From positions 868,001 to 932,000 of the forward strand of contig OZ361260.1 of assembly GCA_977018835.1 (NCBI GenBank): a stretch of 64,000 nucleotides of DNA, written 5' to 3'. Shown here one piece after another: positions 1 through 12,172 of this stretch (the first letter of the stretch is position 1; every line of letters starts with the position of its first letter). The position numbers were made by a program, and so were the translations under genes. Below the pieces are notes generated by a model, which worked only from the letters and a program-made list of their open reading frames with translations, made no database searches and was not told where the DNA came from. This DNA comes from Minutocellus sp. GHC0000111 (lineage: Eukaryota).

Positions 1-14
1 TACCTCGACCACTT

Positions 15-2288
15 GTGGCAGAAATTGAAACGATTGAGATCTTTTGGAAGGCAGGCATTCAACCTTTTATGTTACCGACAGATAAATGGGAGTTGGTAGA
101 TGATTGGAGATTGATCACTGTGTATGAATGGAGGGGAGAAGTGGGATCAGACGGTGGTCTTTGCTGTGTTGGATGTCATCCGCATCGTCACTTTCCGGTG
201 CGAACTGCGTGGAGAATAGTTTCGAGAGCGGGGCGAAGAGGGCGATCAAGAGTGAGTATTCGTATTTCATATGGCTGCATGCTTTGTTGTACCACCGCAT
301 CAGCTCTCACCCAATTCTTTTTCAATGCTCCCCTTTTGCAGATCGACCGTCTCACTCTGGACTTTGGTGATGATGGAAGCACGAAACATACACGGAGAAA
401 GGCCGGCACTAAATCCTCTTTGGTGACTCCGTCTCCATCAATTCCATCGCCGAGACCTGGAGGAGCAAAGCTTAAGCGCCCAAACATGAAGATGAACGTT
501 TCTGGGGGAGGCGTCAAGCCCGGCCGTAGCTCAGGTTCTTCTCCTGTTCATGGCGCTTCTAGCGGTGTCCGGACAACCAAGGCCGCTGCTTCCTTTACTG
601 CCAACTCCAAGTATGTTGGAAGACGAGTGTGCAAGTGCTTTGATGGCGTAATACATTTTGGCACAGTGAAGAAATATCTCTCTTCAGTCAATGCAAGGTG
701 GGCAATTCATTATGACGACGATGATACAGAAGATATGAACAAGAGAGAGCTTGATAGGGCCATTGAGCTTTATGAGAGAAAGAAGAGTGAAGATGTGGGA
801 AATGCATCGACGGCAAGAGAAGATGTTGACAATGGTTGGGACTTTGGCGAGGATGCTGAAATCGATGATGATCTTTCTCTACTAGTAGCGCCTCAGAAGC
901 CCATCGGTCTGCCGCAAATAGCTTTGGAGGAAACAATTGAGTTTTTGTGGGAGAAGGGCGTATTTCCTTTTGCGTACAGCGAGAATAGGGCCGAAGTGGT
1001 GGATGACTGGAACGATTACCAGATCTTTCATTGGCACGAGGGCTCAGGGGGGGGCACTGCTATTGTTAGCTACAAATCGCATCCCAAAGTCAAGGTCCGA
1101 GTAAAATGGAGACCCATGAAGGGCCGGCGCCGAAGAAAGGTGAGTGATTGATTATTGTCTATCGGGTATTTATTTGGCGTCTTTATGTACTAGATATGTC
1201 TTGAAGAGTTAAACTTTTCTTGTTCTCTCAATGCAACAACATCTCTTTCCGACCACTGCTATAACATAGACCAATTTTCTGAAACCAGCAAAGGACGTGT
1301 CTTTGAAGAAAGCCTCTCGAGCGCAAGCGCACGCACGCCGTCATTCGCATGGCCGCGCCAAAAAGTCTGCGATCACCATGCTTGAGTTATTCAGTGGATC
1401 AGGTGTTTTGTCCGACTCTTTTCGAGAAAAAGGCGTAGAAAGCTTAACCTTGGACGATGACCCTGCGTGGGAACCAAATCACTGCATGTCAATCGCAGAG
1501 CTAAGAAAGCGGATCGAGGACGACACCGTACCTGAAGGGTTGAATCAACCAAAAGACATTGTTTTTGCGGCGCCGTGTTGGTGAGCTCACTATTATCTAT
1601 CTATGAATGCTTTCAATTTCGTCCGGCTTGCAAATTCTTGTAAACAAGGTTTTATTCGCGGGCTGGCCTCTTACAAGTATCTTTCCTTCGCCCTTTTTTC
1701 ATCAGCACAACCTTTTCAAGAGCGTCCAATGGTCGACACCGCAATGGAGAGAACCTTGGTGGGCACTCGCCAGAAGCGGAAGCGGCAAATGTAATGATCA
1801 ATGATTTTATTTTCGTTCTGAAATTCTAAAAAAGGCTCAATCCGAGATGTCTTATGGTAATTGAGAACCCCGCGAATTATCTTCAAGAGATGGAATATAA
1901 CGAAATATTTGAGAAAGAAGGCGATGATGAGTTTAGTCTCAAAAGGGTTACTGTCAGCTACTGTATGCTATCAGAAGAAAACAAACTGCCGCGAAAGGAC
2001 ACCCATCTCTGGACAAATTCGAAGAACCTGCATCACATCTGCCGCAACGACTCCCTCAGATGCTATCATGACTGCAATGTCCGTACGAGCGATGGACGAC
2101 GCCATCAGAAGCATGTGCAAGATAAAGATGATCGTTACGCTTCTTATCCCGCTGAGTTCAATCGATTTGTTCGACACCATCTACTTGCAGATGTGCGTGC
2201 CGAACAGTGTGAAGTGAGCCAGTTGTCTGCCTCATTTACGAGTAGTAGTACCGCCTCGAGTAGCAGTAGTGGCAGCGAATGCGGTTGA
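15..2288 (+). CDS. 5'-partial spliced gene: duplicated unknown domain + Tudor-like domain + C5-cytosine DNA methyltransferase-like domain; in-frame TAA at 1827-1829 (possible pseudogene or base error)
   Basis: GT-AG introns 252-341, 1140-1269 and 1581-1705 keep one frame. Tudor-like KYVGRRVCKCFDG..FGTV..WAIHYDDDDTEDM. MTase motifs ELFSGSG (I), FAAPCCTTFS across the splice (IV), IENP (VI), V.YC..RKDTHLWTN. Confidence 0.65.
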
Positions 2289-2349
2289 GTGATCCTACAT
2301 GTATCATATTACCTCGCTCGTAGTATCTGACAGTAAGCGCTTAGTAATT

Positions 2350-5300
2350 TTATATTGTAGGTGGCGTCGAATAAATCGGTGGCCCAAAGCCAGCCTCATT
2401 GGAAGCGGAAGCCTGGAAATAATATGGGCTTCGCTTCCTTGGAATCTCGACGCTCCAATGGATCCAACCATTGGCATCGGCTTTGGCTTCCGCTTCTCTG
2501 GCACTCACGACGAGACTCCCGTATGAGCTGCCCGTCATCGGTGGGAGCTGTCCCTTGGCAAGTTCACCGACGTACACTCTGACCTCAGAACGAGGGTCAA
2601 CTACTGTTTGAAGCAGAGGAAGGTCTCCAAGAAGCGAAGTGAAGGTGACCATCCACTCATAGCCTTGGATATTGCGATCGGTCCGTCGAGAAACCTCGAC
2701 CTCCCCGATGCCAATATCTCGAAGAGCTGCCTCCAGTGCGGATGGGGTAATCGAGAGAGGCAATGCTGCTGTAGCATTGCCATTGTAGGACAGCCGAAAG
2801 GACTGTTCTCGTTGTGCACCATCGAGACATCTTTCGCATGTCACTGATTGAACCTCATATCCTTGAAAGGCCTCGACCACAAACTCTACCGCCGCAGTAG
2901 AATCACCACCACCAAGTTCAATCTTCATCTTGTCCATGTGGCGAAAGTTGGGGAAGGTAGCGAGCCAACTGCTGGTATAGGTTGGTCCCTCGTCACCACC
3001 ACTTCCTACTACAACGTCTTCTTTGAACACCTCGGCGCTTCCAACGGTCGGTAAACTCTCCAGTGCTTGTTTTATTTTTTGGCACTGGAATCAGCAGCCA
3101 AAATCTTGGTTTTGTGGCCCTGGAGTGATAATCGGAAGGACCCACTTGCTTGAATTCGCTGCGTCGTGTAATCTTGATAGAGATTGGTTTCTACCCACTC
3201 CACTTTGTAGGCGGTTGTTGGACTCACGATGCTGCCGCTTTCATCGCCCCTCCTTTGCCACGACACATTGACAATGTGTTGGCCATTGTTGCCGTCGTCT
3301 GTGGCAATATTCACTCGATCAAGCCGGTCGGGCGGATTCAGTGGAGCCAACGATTTGGGTTGAGAGATAGCAGTCCTTGAAAAGCCGTAAGAGTTACCGG
3401 CAAAAACTCTGACGTAATAGGACATGCCTTCCGTCAGGCCTAAAATGGCATGACGACACCGTTGGTTGTCTTGACAATCCACCTTGGTGTATGCCCCAAA
3501 GTCTGTAGACGAGGGAGAGAAATCTTCGTCTGTCGAATGTTCCACTAGATACTTGCTGATGGCATCTCCTCCGTCACTTGCTGGCGGGTCCCAGGAGACA
3601 CTGAGCGACGATCCGCCCCCATCGCCGCCACCGCCGACCCTACTCAATTGCACGTTGATAGGCTCCGATGGAGGTTGTCTCGGCGGCGCAAGTTCATCGG
3701 GAATGGCCACCGTGGCGGTACTCAGCCCGAGTACATTCTTGGCATAAATCCTTGCACTAATGGGTTGTCCTGGAGACGAGCCCGTTAGAGTGCAATAATT
3801 ATCTTCATGAGCATCAATCTCGATGGTCTTTATTCTTGTTGGTTCCATCGCCGATGATGACTCGGCATCTACATTGGCGACGAAGTATTCCAATACATAT
3901 TTTTCAACAGCAAAACCGTTGTCGTCGCGAATGGGATGAATCGGCCAGGATGCGAGGAGGGACGTGGAAGATTCGCCGACCGTTACCACAGAAGCATCGT
4001 CATCGGTGCCATCCCCATCCCCATCACCATCACCGCTGGCCTCAATGATGCGCAGCATGAAACGATTTTGTTCGATTGGTTCTGGCTCTGATCCAGGAGC
4101 AAGCAGTGCTGGCATGGATGACGGTGGTCCAGCACCTACCGCATTGATTGCAGTGACACGAACATGATATTCCTGGCCTGGCTTTAGCTCTTGGATCTCG
4201 TAGAGTAGAAAGTTGCCATTATCTTGGCTTGATGACGACAGTGTCGCTTTCTCCACAATGGCATTGGTGGTCGAGTCCATAGTAAAACCAACTGATTCAT
4301 CGGTCGACCATTCAATGCGGTAGTGAGTTACTTCCGATCCGTTGGCCCGTTCTTCGACAACGGGGTCGAAACTGACAATGAGACTTGTCGGACTGGTGGG
4401 GTGTCGATCGACCAGAACGGTCTTTACTGCCATTGGTTCCGACATTGGCGCCACAAGTACCTGCCGGCAGAATGGACCATGGTCATCTTGAGAATTCCCG
4501 GCCGATACTTGGACGCCATACTGTTTTCCAGCAATGAGTAGTGGAATCGATACTGCGGATTCTACTCTCATTTCCTTGTTATCATCCCCAATGTCCAGAG
4601 AGTACATGGACGAGATACTACCAGTATCATTATTATACGACGCCATTGGCATCATGTCGACCACATCTTGTGCCAGCAACGTCTCATCAAAGACAACAAA
4701 GGATGCCTCGATATCTTGAACGACAACTCTGTAGCTCTGAACGTCTTCTCCACCGTCATCTTCCGGCTCCAACCAATGGACTTGGATGGATTTGGCACCA
4801 ACAACGTTAGCTGAACAATTTCTGGGTTCCGTCGGAGCAATTGGCCGAGTGTGAACGATATATGGCGACTCATCTACAGACTGTCCTTCGTGAAAAAGAC
4901 GATAAGACTCCACCACAGACCAGGGCTGCGTCTCACTGGACCACTCCAGACGTACGGCAGCATCCCCACGATTTTGTTGGAACTCAATCTTGATGGCGGT
5001 GAGTCTGGTCGTCTCCAACGGCATGGTTGTGTTGCCTTGATATTCGTGGTGCATATCTGCCTCTTCTTCTTCTTTCTTCTCAATGATGGAATCAAACTCA
5101 TCAATAATGCGCTCGTCTCCAATCCAGAGCCTGGCACCGTCATTGACTCGCATACGGAAGGAGTAGACCTCATTGAACGCAGCCTTGATATATCCAGTCC
5201 AACGGACGCTAATGAATTCGTTTCCAATGGCCTCATTGACGGGATGTGTGTCGTTCCAAATGAAATCAATTGTTTCGTCAACACGTTCCTCAATAGGAGA

Positions 5301-8300
5301 TCCAAAGAGCCATCGGTTGTTGTAGTACCGCCCGTGCAGTCCGCCTGAGAGAGCAGTGTCGATGTGCAGCTTATACTCTCCAACTCTTGGCGACTTGTAC
5401 GAAGCTTCATACAATCCATTGGCTACGTAATGTGCCTGACCATGGACGATGGATGACTGATGATCTTCATCTGAACCTTGATCTCCGACGCCAATCAAGG
5501 TAATGTTGAACTCTTGGCCGCTTCGGCCGGCAAGTGATGGAGCCTCCAGGAGGGAGTCACCGTAGGACGCAATCGGACAAACTGCCGTCACGGTGATGCT
5601 CCCCGAAGATAGCAAATGACCTTCGGCAAACAGAAGACTCGGTGGATCATCTCCATCATAATCGTCGAGCCTCACATTCCATCGCTTGGTACCACGTTCC
5701 AAATCCACCTCTCCAAGAACTGTCACCTTCCGAATACCCCCGTCTATTGCCGAAAAGGTCTCCTCGACAATGGCCTCCAGAGATGCAGCATCAATCGAAG
5801 CCGACAAATCAGGTGTCCTGTGGCCCTTGTAGCTGAGATAAAAGGTGCCCGAAATGGATGGCAATGCTCCGGGGTCTTCTGAATTGCTATCATGAGCATG
5901 GGTTTCAATGGTTTGGTACACATGGTGGTCGCATGAGGTGACGGAAATAGTAGTTTCATCGTTGCCGCCATCCAAGTTTTCTCCATCAACCTCGAGGGAT
6001 TCGATATCGCCCACGGTGGAATCAAATGACACAATGTACTGAAAGCCAAAGGGTGGCCCGTGAAGAGATTGGCCGTAGATTGCCGCAGTGGAATCAGATT
6101 CTCCCATATATGCCGAAGACAGCGCGACGGTAAAGGGGGTGGCGGTTGACATGGCGACAATAGTAAAGACGGGACCATCGTCTCTGCTTCCAATTCGAAT
6201 CCAATCGCCCACACTGAATTCATCGTCGAGTCTTTGAGATGGAACAAGAGTGTCGAGACCGGTAGTGACAGCGACGGTCCTACCATCGGCGGCAGCGACG
6301 GTATCTTTGGCGGCATTGGTCGTGACTGTTACATCCCCGATTCCTGGCAGAGTTTGGATAGCCCGTTCAACTTCAGCAATGCCAGCACCGGCGGGCAAGG
6401 TGACCTTGTTATTCCCGTACGATATATCAAAGGTTCCACCCAAGGGTGATAGGGACCACATCTCAATGATCTGGACCTCCGACTGTGGCCCTTCGGGTAC
6501 CCCGTTACCAAATTCATCGTAAAGCTGGATGGAAAAGTACGTTTGAGAATCGTATACGCCGGTCGATAGGCCTTCGTGATGAATTACACCGGGAGAGTCA
6601 CTGGCGATACTAATCGTTGCATTGATTGGAGCTGGATCCACGAGGACTCGAAAGGGACTCTTTTTGATATGCATTGGTGCATTGCCGCCGGCCGTTGACT
6701 TGACAACAACATTGATTGTATGAGGACCACTCTTGATAGGTGTGTAGCTGACACGGTAACGACCGTCATCCTGGGCGACAACCATTCCAACAATGGTAGC
6801 TCCGTCGTCGCCGTCCTCGGGCGTAACGGTAACCTCAAACAAGGCATCGGGATTGTCTACATTGGACAACAAGTCGTTTCCGGCGTCATCCTTGGCTTGG
6901 ATGGTGAATTCGGCCTCGACGCCCGCCGTCGCAAAAACCAGTCCCTGTCCATGAGCTGTTGTCCATGCTGGATCAATGGCATCTGGAACTATAGTCACTG
7001 TACGGGGAAATCCGCTGATGGAACGAGCAGGTATGCCCGTCCGGAGCTCTGTTACCACAACAGTAGCACCGAACAAATCACCATCATTGGGCATGAGCAA
7101 TTCAACGTCTCCCTCGAGGTCGGGACCAACAAACGTGACCTCCCACGAACAAGCGCTCGTAGGGTCGCCATCAACAGCGCAAGAGTGTGTATCAAGACCA
7201 AGCTCGACCTCGGAAAGATTGGAAAGACTCTTGAGGGCCTCCTTCAACTCATCGATATTGGCATCATATGAAATATCTGCAGTGGTCTGCATGTCGCCAT
7301 CGGTAGATCGGTAGGTGAGAGCAAACGTTCCAGATGGAGTAGACAGTGGTGCCGAGTTTGGACCTTCATCTGGCGCCACAATTTGAATTCGCTGTACTTC
7401 GGGGACCGGAGGTAAGCGGACATCTAGCGCGTACTCTCCTCGAATTTGTGGTGTGTACGTGATGAGGTGCTTACCCGTATCACAACCCAATCCAATCTTG
7501 TAAAGTGCGGCGGACGGCATTGATGGACCAACAATCAGTTCATCGAGTGGCACCGTCGTTTCGTCAAACGTTCTATCCAACGACGAAGACACCGTGTAAG
7601 TCTGCCCTGCGACAATCACATGATCTCCTCGTTTGAGACCCTTCGATAGTAGATTATTACCCGTCGTCAGCTGGTTTGACCCGAGAACAACTTCCACCAT
7701 GTCCAGATATTGCCAATCCAATGGAACAGACACAAGGGGAGAGACTTCGATTGGTTTGGTAGAATATGTCAAATCGTCATTGACCCTTCCATCTCCAGCC
7801 CATCCACCTGTGCCGGTCATACTCAACAAGAATGCTGGGTCGGTACCATCGTTGTATCGATTGTTTCCTTCCGAATCCTTGGTTTGGATCACAAACGAGC
7901 ACTCTGTCGTTGCCACGCATGTGTTGAGACCATCAATGATACTAGCAGCACCTTCCTTATGGACGACGACGTCAATGTTGGAGGAAGGAGAGCTGGTGAG
8001 ATCAATGGCACCTGGAAGAACCTCGACAGGAAATGGACTCGACGGGTGGCTGATACTGTTGTTGGTATTTTGGTTGCCTTGATTTTCACCATCATTACCC
8101 AAGTGTCGAGTGTAGTACAAGGCCGACGATGGCACTGCTTCCTTCTCGGCAATGTTCCAAGATGACCATTCCAGTTGAATCAAAGCCTCATCGGTGTGGT
8201 GAATGTATTCCATAGTAATCGGATAAAACGCATCCACAACCAACTCGATTGTCTCGCTGGACACTGTCTTGGACTGCGATGGATTGGCCATGGTATCAAT

Positions 8301-9388
8301 CAAGACGGATTCGCCAACCATCAATTTCGCTTGGCCATTCAACGTAACATAAAAGGTGTATTCATCCGTCGCCGGCACCTTCAGCTCGCCTACCCATTTA
8401 GCTGAAAAGGAATCAATGGGGAACTTGTTATTGTCGTCGTCGTCGTCGTCATCGTCGTCGTTGGGCGCTACTCGCAATGGCGATCCAAATCCCCAATCAA
8501 ACATTACATTTGTATCGAGACGCGTCGAATCACATTCCACAACATCTGGCTCACACCACGGAATGTTGGCAGGATGACTATTGAGCACGTGGTCGGAATT
8601 GCCCCAAGCCGGCCGGGTAAAGTCGGTATTTCGAAAGTAAGTTCCAAGAAGACCCCCGACACTTCGAATTCGGATGGATACTTGGTGCGTGCCGGCCAAT
8701 GTTGGCGTATACGACGCTTTGTACAGACCACCAGAGCCAGAGGACTCAGCGTCAGCCTCGACATCGCCCACTTCCGGTGAGTACTCCAAATCTGCAGGAT
8801 GAGCAATGGCATCGCCCTCTCTTCCACTGCATACGTGGGGCGCTCCTTTCAAGTTGACCAAGAATTCGTCCTCCTTTGAAGGTAGCTCAGACCACAGCTC
8901 ATTGCCAAATCGATCAATCGCTTGGATGGTAAAGGTCTCGTCAATACCCTCCGTTACGAGAGGACTGGCATTGTGGGTGCTCTTGATGGCATCGGCTCGG
9001 GCGGGTCGAATGGTGAGGCCATTGGAAAGGTTGGTAGAGATTTTGTCACCTTTGATGGTGATTGAAGCGTCGTACTGCCCCGAGACGATAGGTTTGTACG
9101 TCACTCTGTAAAGGCCACTGTCGACATGATCTATTGAGTCGATGAGAATGTCATTGACGGGGGATTGGTCCGATGAGCCAACGAGACGGCAATGTGCTGC
9201 AAGTCGGTTCCGTCTTCCCGTGGATTTCCGGTTGTGCCCCTTTGTACCTCACGGATTCGAAGATATGGCTTGACTGCAGCAGATGATGCTGACGAAAGTG
9301 CCTCCGTATTGATCGAGAGAAAGGCGGAAACACTGTCAGCGCAACGCAGCAGCGCCAAGAGGACGAGAAGGAGCGCCGCCCCCCTCAT
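2350..9388 (-). CDS. Giant secreted/surface protein with filamin-Ig, PA14 and fibronectin type III repeats (frameshifted at ~3075 and ~9160)
   Basis: Signal peptide MRGAALLLVLLALLRCADSVSAF at 9388. ORFs 3072-9104 and 2350-3030 carry filamin motifs (FTIQAKDDAGN..Y.VSYTP..SG.H), two PA14 domains (FSAKWVGEL, ISVRWTGYI) and FN3 repeats (VSWDPPASDGGDAISKY..YYVRVFAGN). Frames rejoin by adding one base at homopolymers. Confidence 0.75.
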
Positions 9389-9688
9389 TTGTTCATTTGG
9401 TTGCTTTGGTGCTGGGTGGTGGTGCTGGGTGGTGGCGGTGTGGGCTGGAGCGCAGGGGTACGTCACCCAGGACTGCTCAGTTGGAAAAAATGACGGGTCG
9501 GAGAATGAGGCCTGCAGAGAGCCTCTCTCCATCGAATGCGAGGCGAGAGAATAGATCGATTCCGCCGTATTGTTATTGAGGTAAATGGGGAAGCAAAGAC
9601 GTTCGATGGAGTACTCAATAGACATGGGAGGGTTGATTGTTGATTTATTTGCAATCCAAATGCAACAGTTTCATTTTATGTGTCTCCT

Positions 9689-10429
9689 TCAACGATCCTC
9701 CTGACCGTCAATGTCGACCACCTCCTCATAATAAGTCACGGTCCATGTGTGCCCACCATTCTCCGTCGATTCTCGAGACACTTCGACATTCCGAACTCCC
9801 TTTAGCTGCTGCTCTATCGCTTCTCGCAATTCCTCTGCGCTGGCATCTACCGCAATATCACGTGTAGTCTCCTCTCCAATACTCAAAGTAAATGTCCCCT
9901 CGAGCCCCGGTTCCGCCTCAATGACTTGGATGGTCGGCTGTGCCACATCTCGGGCCTGGATGTAAAATACTGCCTCATCACCAGCCCTACCTCCGCGAAG
10001 ACCGCTGCCGTATGCAGTGGAAGAGGCAGCGCTCACTTCTCCAGGCTCCACATTGACTGTGTACGTCGATCCCGAAACTACTTCACCACTACCACTATCA
10101 CTACCATCAGGCAGCGTCACCGTCCTCACAGTCAACTCGTAGACGCCCTTGTAATACAGGGTGTAGCGAATGGGATGAATGCCATTGATACCGCTGCTAC
10201 TCGTGGAATTCACCGTGTATCCCCCTGGACCAGTCAAAGTCGCAACAAACACATCGTCATTGTTGCCCGTCCTTAAATTGCCATAGGCATCGCGGCTTTC
10301 AATGATGATTCCGCTTTCCACGCCAACAATGGCATCGCCAATGTCTGTCACGACAGAGCTGCCACCATTCAATCCAGCATGACCAACGCGCAAAGTATCT
10401 ACATTCTTCTGGACCTGTTGCAGGTCTCG
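9689..10429 (-). CDS. Fragment of a filamin-Ig repeat giant protein (paralog or displaced segment), running into the assembly gap
   Basis: ORF 9689-10393 has ESRDAYGN, FYIQARD and GTFTLS..T.DIAVDASA motifs of the same kind as the downstream gene, and ends abruptly. Confidence 0.6.
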   Translation of the reverse strand, partial: RDLQQVQKNVDTLRVGHAGLNGGSSVVTDIGDAIVGVESGIIIESRDAYGNLRTGNNDDVFVATLTGPGGYTVNSTSSSGINGIHPIRYTLYYKGVYELTVRTVTLPDGSDSGSGEVVSGSTYTVNVEPGEVSAASSTAYGSGLRGGRAGDEAVFYIQARDVAQPTIQVIEAEPGLEGTFTLSIGEETTRDIAVDASAEELREAIEQQLKGVRNVEVSRESTENGGHTWTVTYYEEVVDIDGQEDR

Positions 10430-10629
10430 NNNNNNNNNNNNNNNNNNNNNNNNNNNNNNNNNNNNNNNNNNNNNNNNNNNNNNNNNNNNNNNNNNNNNNN
10501 NNNNNNNNNNNNNNNNNNNNNNNNNNNNNNNNNNNNNNNNNNNNNNNNNNNNNNNNNNNNNNNNNNNNNNNNNNNNNNNNNNNNNNNNNNNNNNNNNNNN
10601 NNNNNNNNNNNNNNNNNNNNNNNNNNNNN
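10430..10629. other. Assembly gap (200 N)
   Basis: Run of N. Confidence 1.
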
Positions 10630-10632
10630 AAG

Positions 10633-11718
10633 ATGCATGCGTCAGTAGCAGTGGTCTGGGCGGTAGCGCTCATTATTATTAGCGCCGTCGCCCCCGTTGT
10701 GGCATTCAACCCCATCGTATCCCACTCCACTTTTCATCGCCAAAGCTCTACAGCACTATTTTCTGAAGCACATGATGACAGGCGCTCGTTCCTCGAGAGA
10801 GGAGCTACCATCGCTGCAGCAGCGGCAGGCGCAGCATCTTCCTCCTTTGCTCTTGGGCCTACCATTCGCCCGGCGTCGGCAGCATCTAGTACCGATCAGC
10901 CCATCTGTGTCATTGGATGCAATGGTCGGACAGGTACCGAGGTAGTGTCGTACTGCCTCTCAAATGGCATCTCCACTGTGGCCACCAGCCGAGGTGGCGT
11001 CTACAATGCCAAGGAGGATGTTGTTACGAACAGCAACGCCAAATTGCTAAAGGAAATGGTTTGCGACGTCACTGTCCCATCGACAATCGAAGAGGCCGTG
11101 ACAGGTTCGCGTGGCGTGGTATTTGCCGCCAGTGCCAGTAAGCAGGGTGGAACCCCAGCGGCCGTGGACAACATGGGCCTGACCTCAGTCGCAAAGGCTT
11201 GCATTGATGCCAAGGTCCCTCATCTTGTCATTGTATCGTCTGGTGCGGTGACCAAGCCATCATCACCCGTGTATCAGTTCTTGAATTTGTTCGGCAAGAT
11301 TATGGAGGAAAAGATCAAGGGGGAAGACGAAGTTCGGCGACTTTATGCGGAACACAATATGAAAAGTGATGAGAAGCTAACCTACACCGTGATTCGACCA
11401 GGTGGGTTGACACTGGACCCACCCCGAGGGGTCAATGCGCTTGAATTGAACCAAGGTGACACAAAATCAGGTCGCATTTCGCGAGCGGACGTTGCAGCAC
11501 TTTGCGTTGAAAGTATCAACTACCCTCAACTCACCGGCGGCACGACATTTGAATGCTACGACGCTGATACTGGTGCTCCCCTCGCAACGGTCAGTCTCAG
11601 CAATATCGCCAAGAAGAAGACTGATGGAGAGGCATTTGTGTCGGGTAAGGAACGGAGAGGTGCTACGTACAAGGAACTATTCACTGGTTTGGAAACAGAT
11701 GTCGGCTATGCTAGCTAG
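10633..11718 (+). CDS. Plastid (likely thylakoid lumen) NAD(P)H-binding atypical SDR / TIC62-like protein
   Basis: Signal peptide ending VVAF, twin-arginine DRRSFL + hydrophobic + ASA; VIGCNGRTG Rossmann motif; YTVIRPGGL; GRISRADVA. Confidence 0.8.
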   Translation: MHASVAVVWAVALIIISAVAPVVAFNPIVSHSTFHRQSSTALFSEAHDDRRSFLERGATIAAAAAGAASSSFALGPTIRPASAASSTDQPICVIGCNGRTGTEVVSYCLSNGISTVATSRGGVYNAKEDVVTNSNAKLLKEMVCDVTVPSTIEEAVTGSRGVVFAASASKQGGTPAAVDNMGLTSVAKACIDAKVPHLVIVSSGAVTKPSSPVYQFLNLFGKIMEEKIKGEDEVRRLYAEHNMKSDEKLTYTVIRPGGLTLDPPRGVNALELNQGDTKSGRISRADVAALCVESINYPQLTGGTTFECYDADTGAPLATVSLSNIAKKKTDGEAFVSGKERRGATYKELFTGLETDVGYAS

Positions 11719-11728
11719 CTAATATACA

Positions 11729-12172
11729 TGTTAGTCCCAAAATGCGCACTGTCCCAGTTCGCGAACTGGGATCCCAGTTTGCGAACTAGGATTTATTTAT
11801 CCCAGTTTGGAAACTGGGATCATAGGCACAATCTCAGTTTGCAAACTGGGATCAATCGAGAAATAATGAATATTTAGCATGGATGATATCGCCTTTGCTT
11901 CTCCTCGCTTCATTTTTTCATAGTGAAGCAACACAGCCCAAACCTGGTCCAGACGACATTAGTGCCGGAGCTGATACTCAATAAATTGGCATTAGCTGAT
12001 ACTAAATACATATAGTGAATAAATAATAATATCTAGCTAGCTGCTTCTGGCAAATATAAGTCATGAACTGTACATGCATCTGTGCTATGCCGGCATCATG
12101 TTGCTACTGTACCAGTACATGTAGCTTGCAAATTCAAGATATGATGCACAGTGCAACTTGTATTGTAGATAG
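11729..12172 (-). mobile_element. Truncated MITE copy 1 (one TIR), inverted relative to copy 2
   Basis: Starts TGTTAGTCCCAAAATGCGCACTGTCCCAGTT. It is a near-exact reverse complement of ~17426-17859 and breaks off at 12172, directly against LKR/SDH coding sequence. Confidence 0.9.

Noticed and set aside
10299..10730. ORFs spanning the N run
   Set aside because: Artefacts of translating through the assembly gap.
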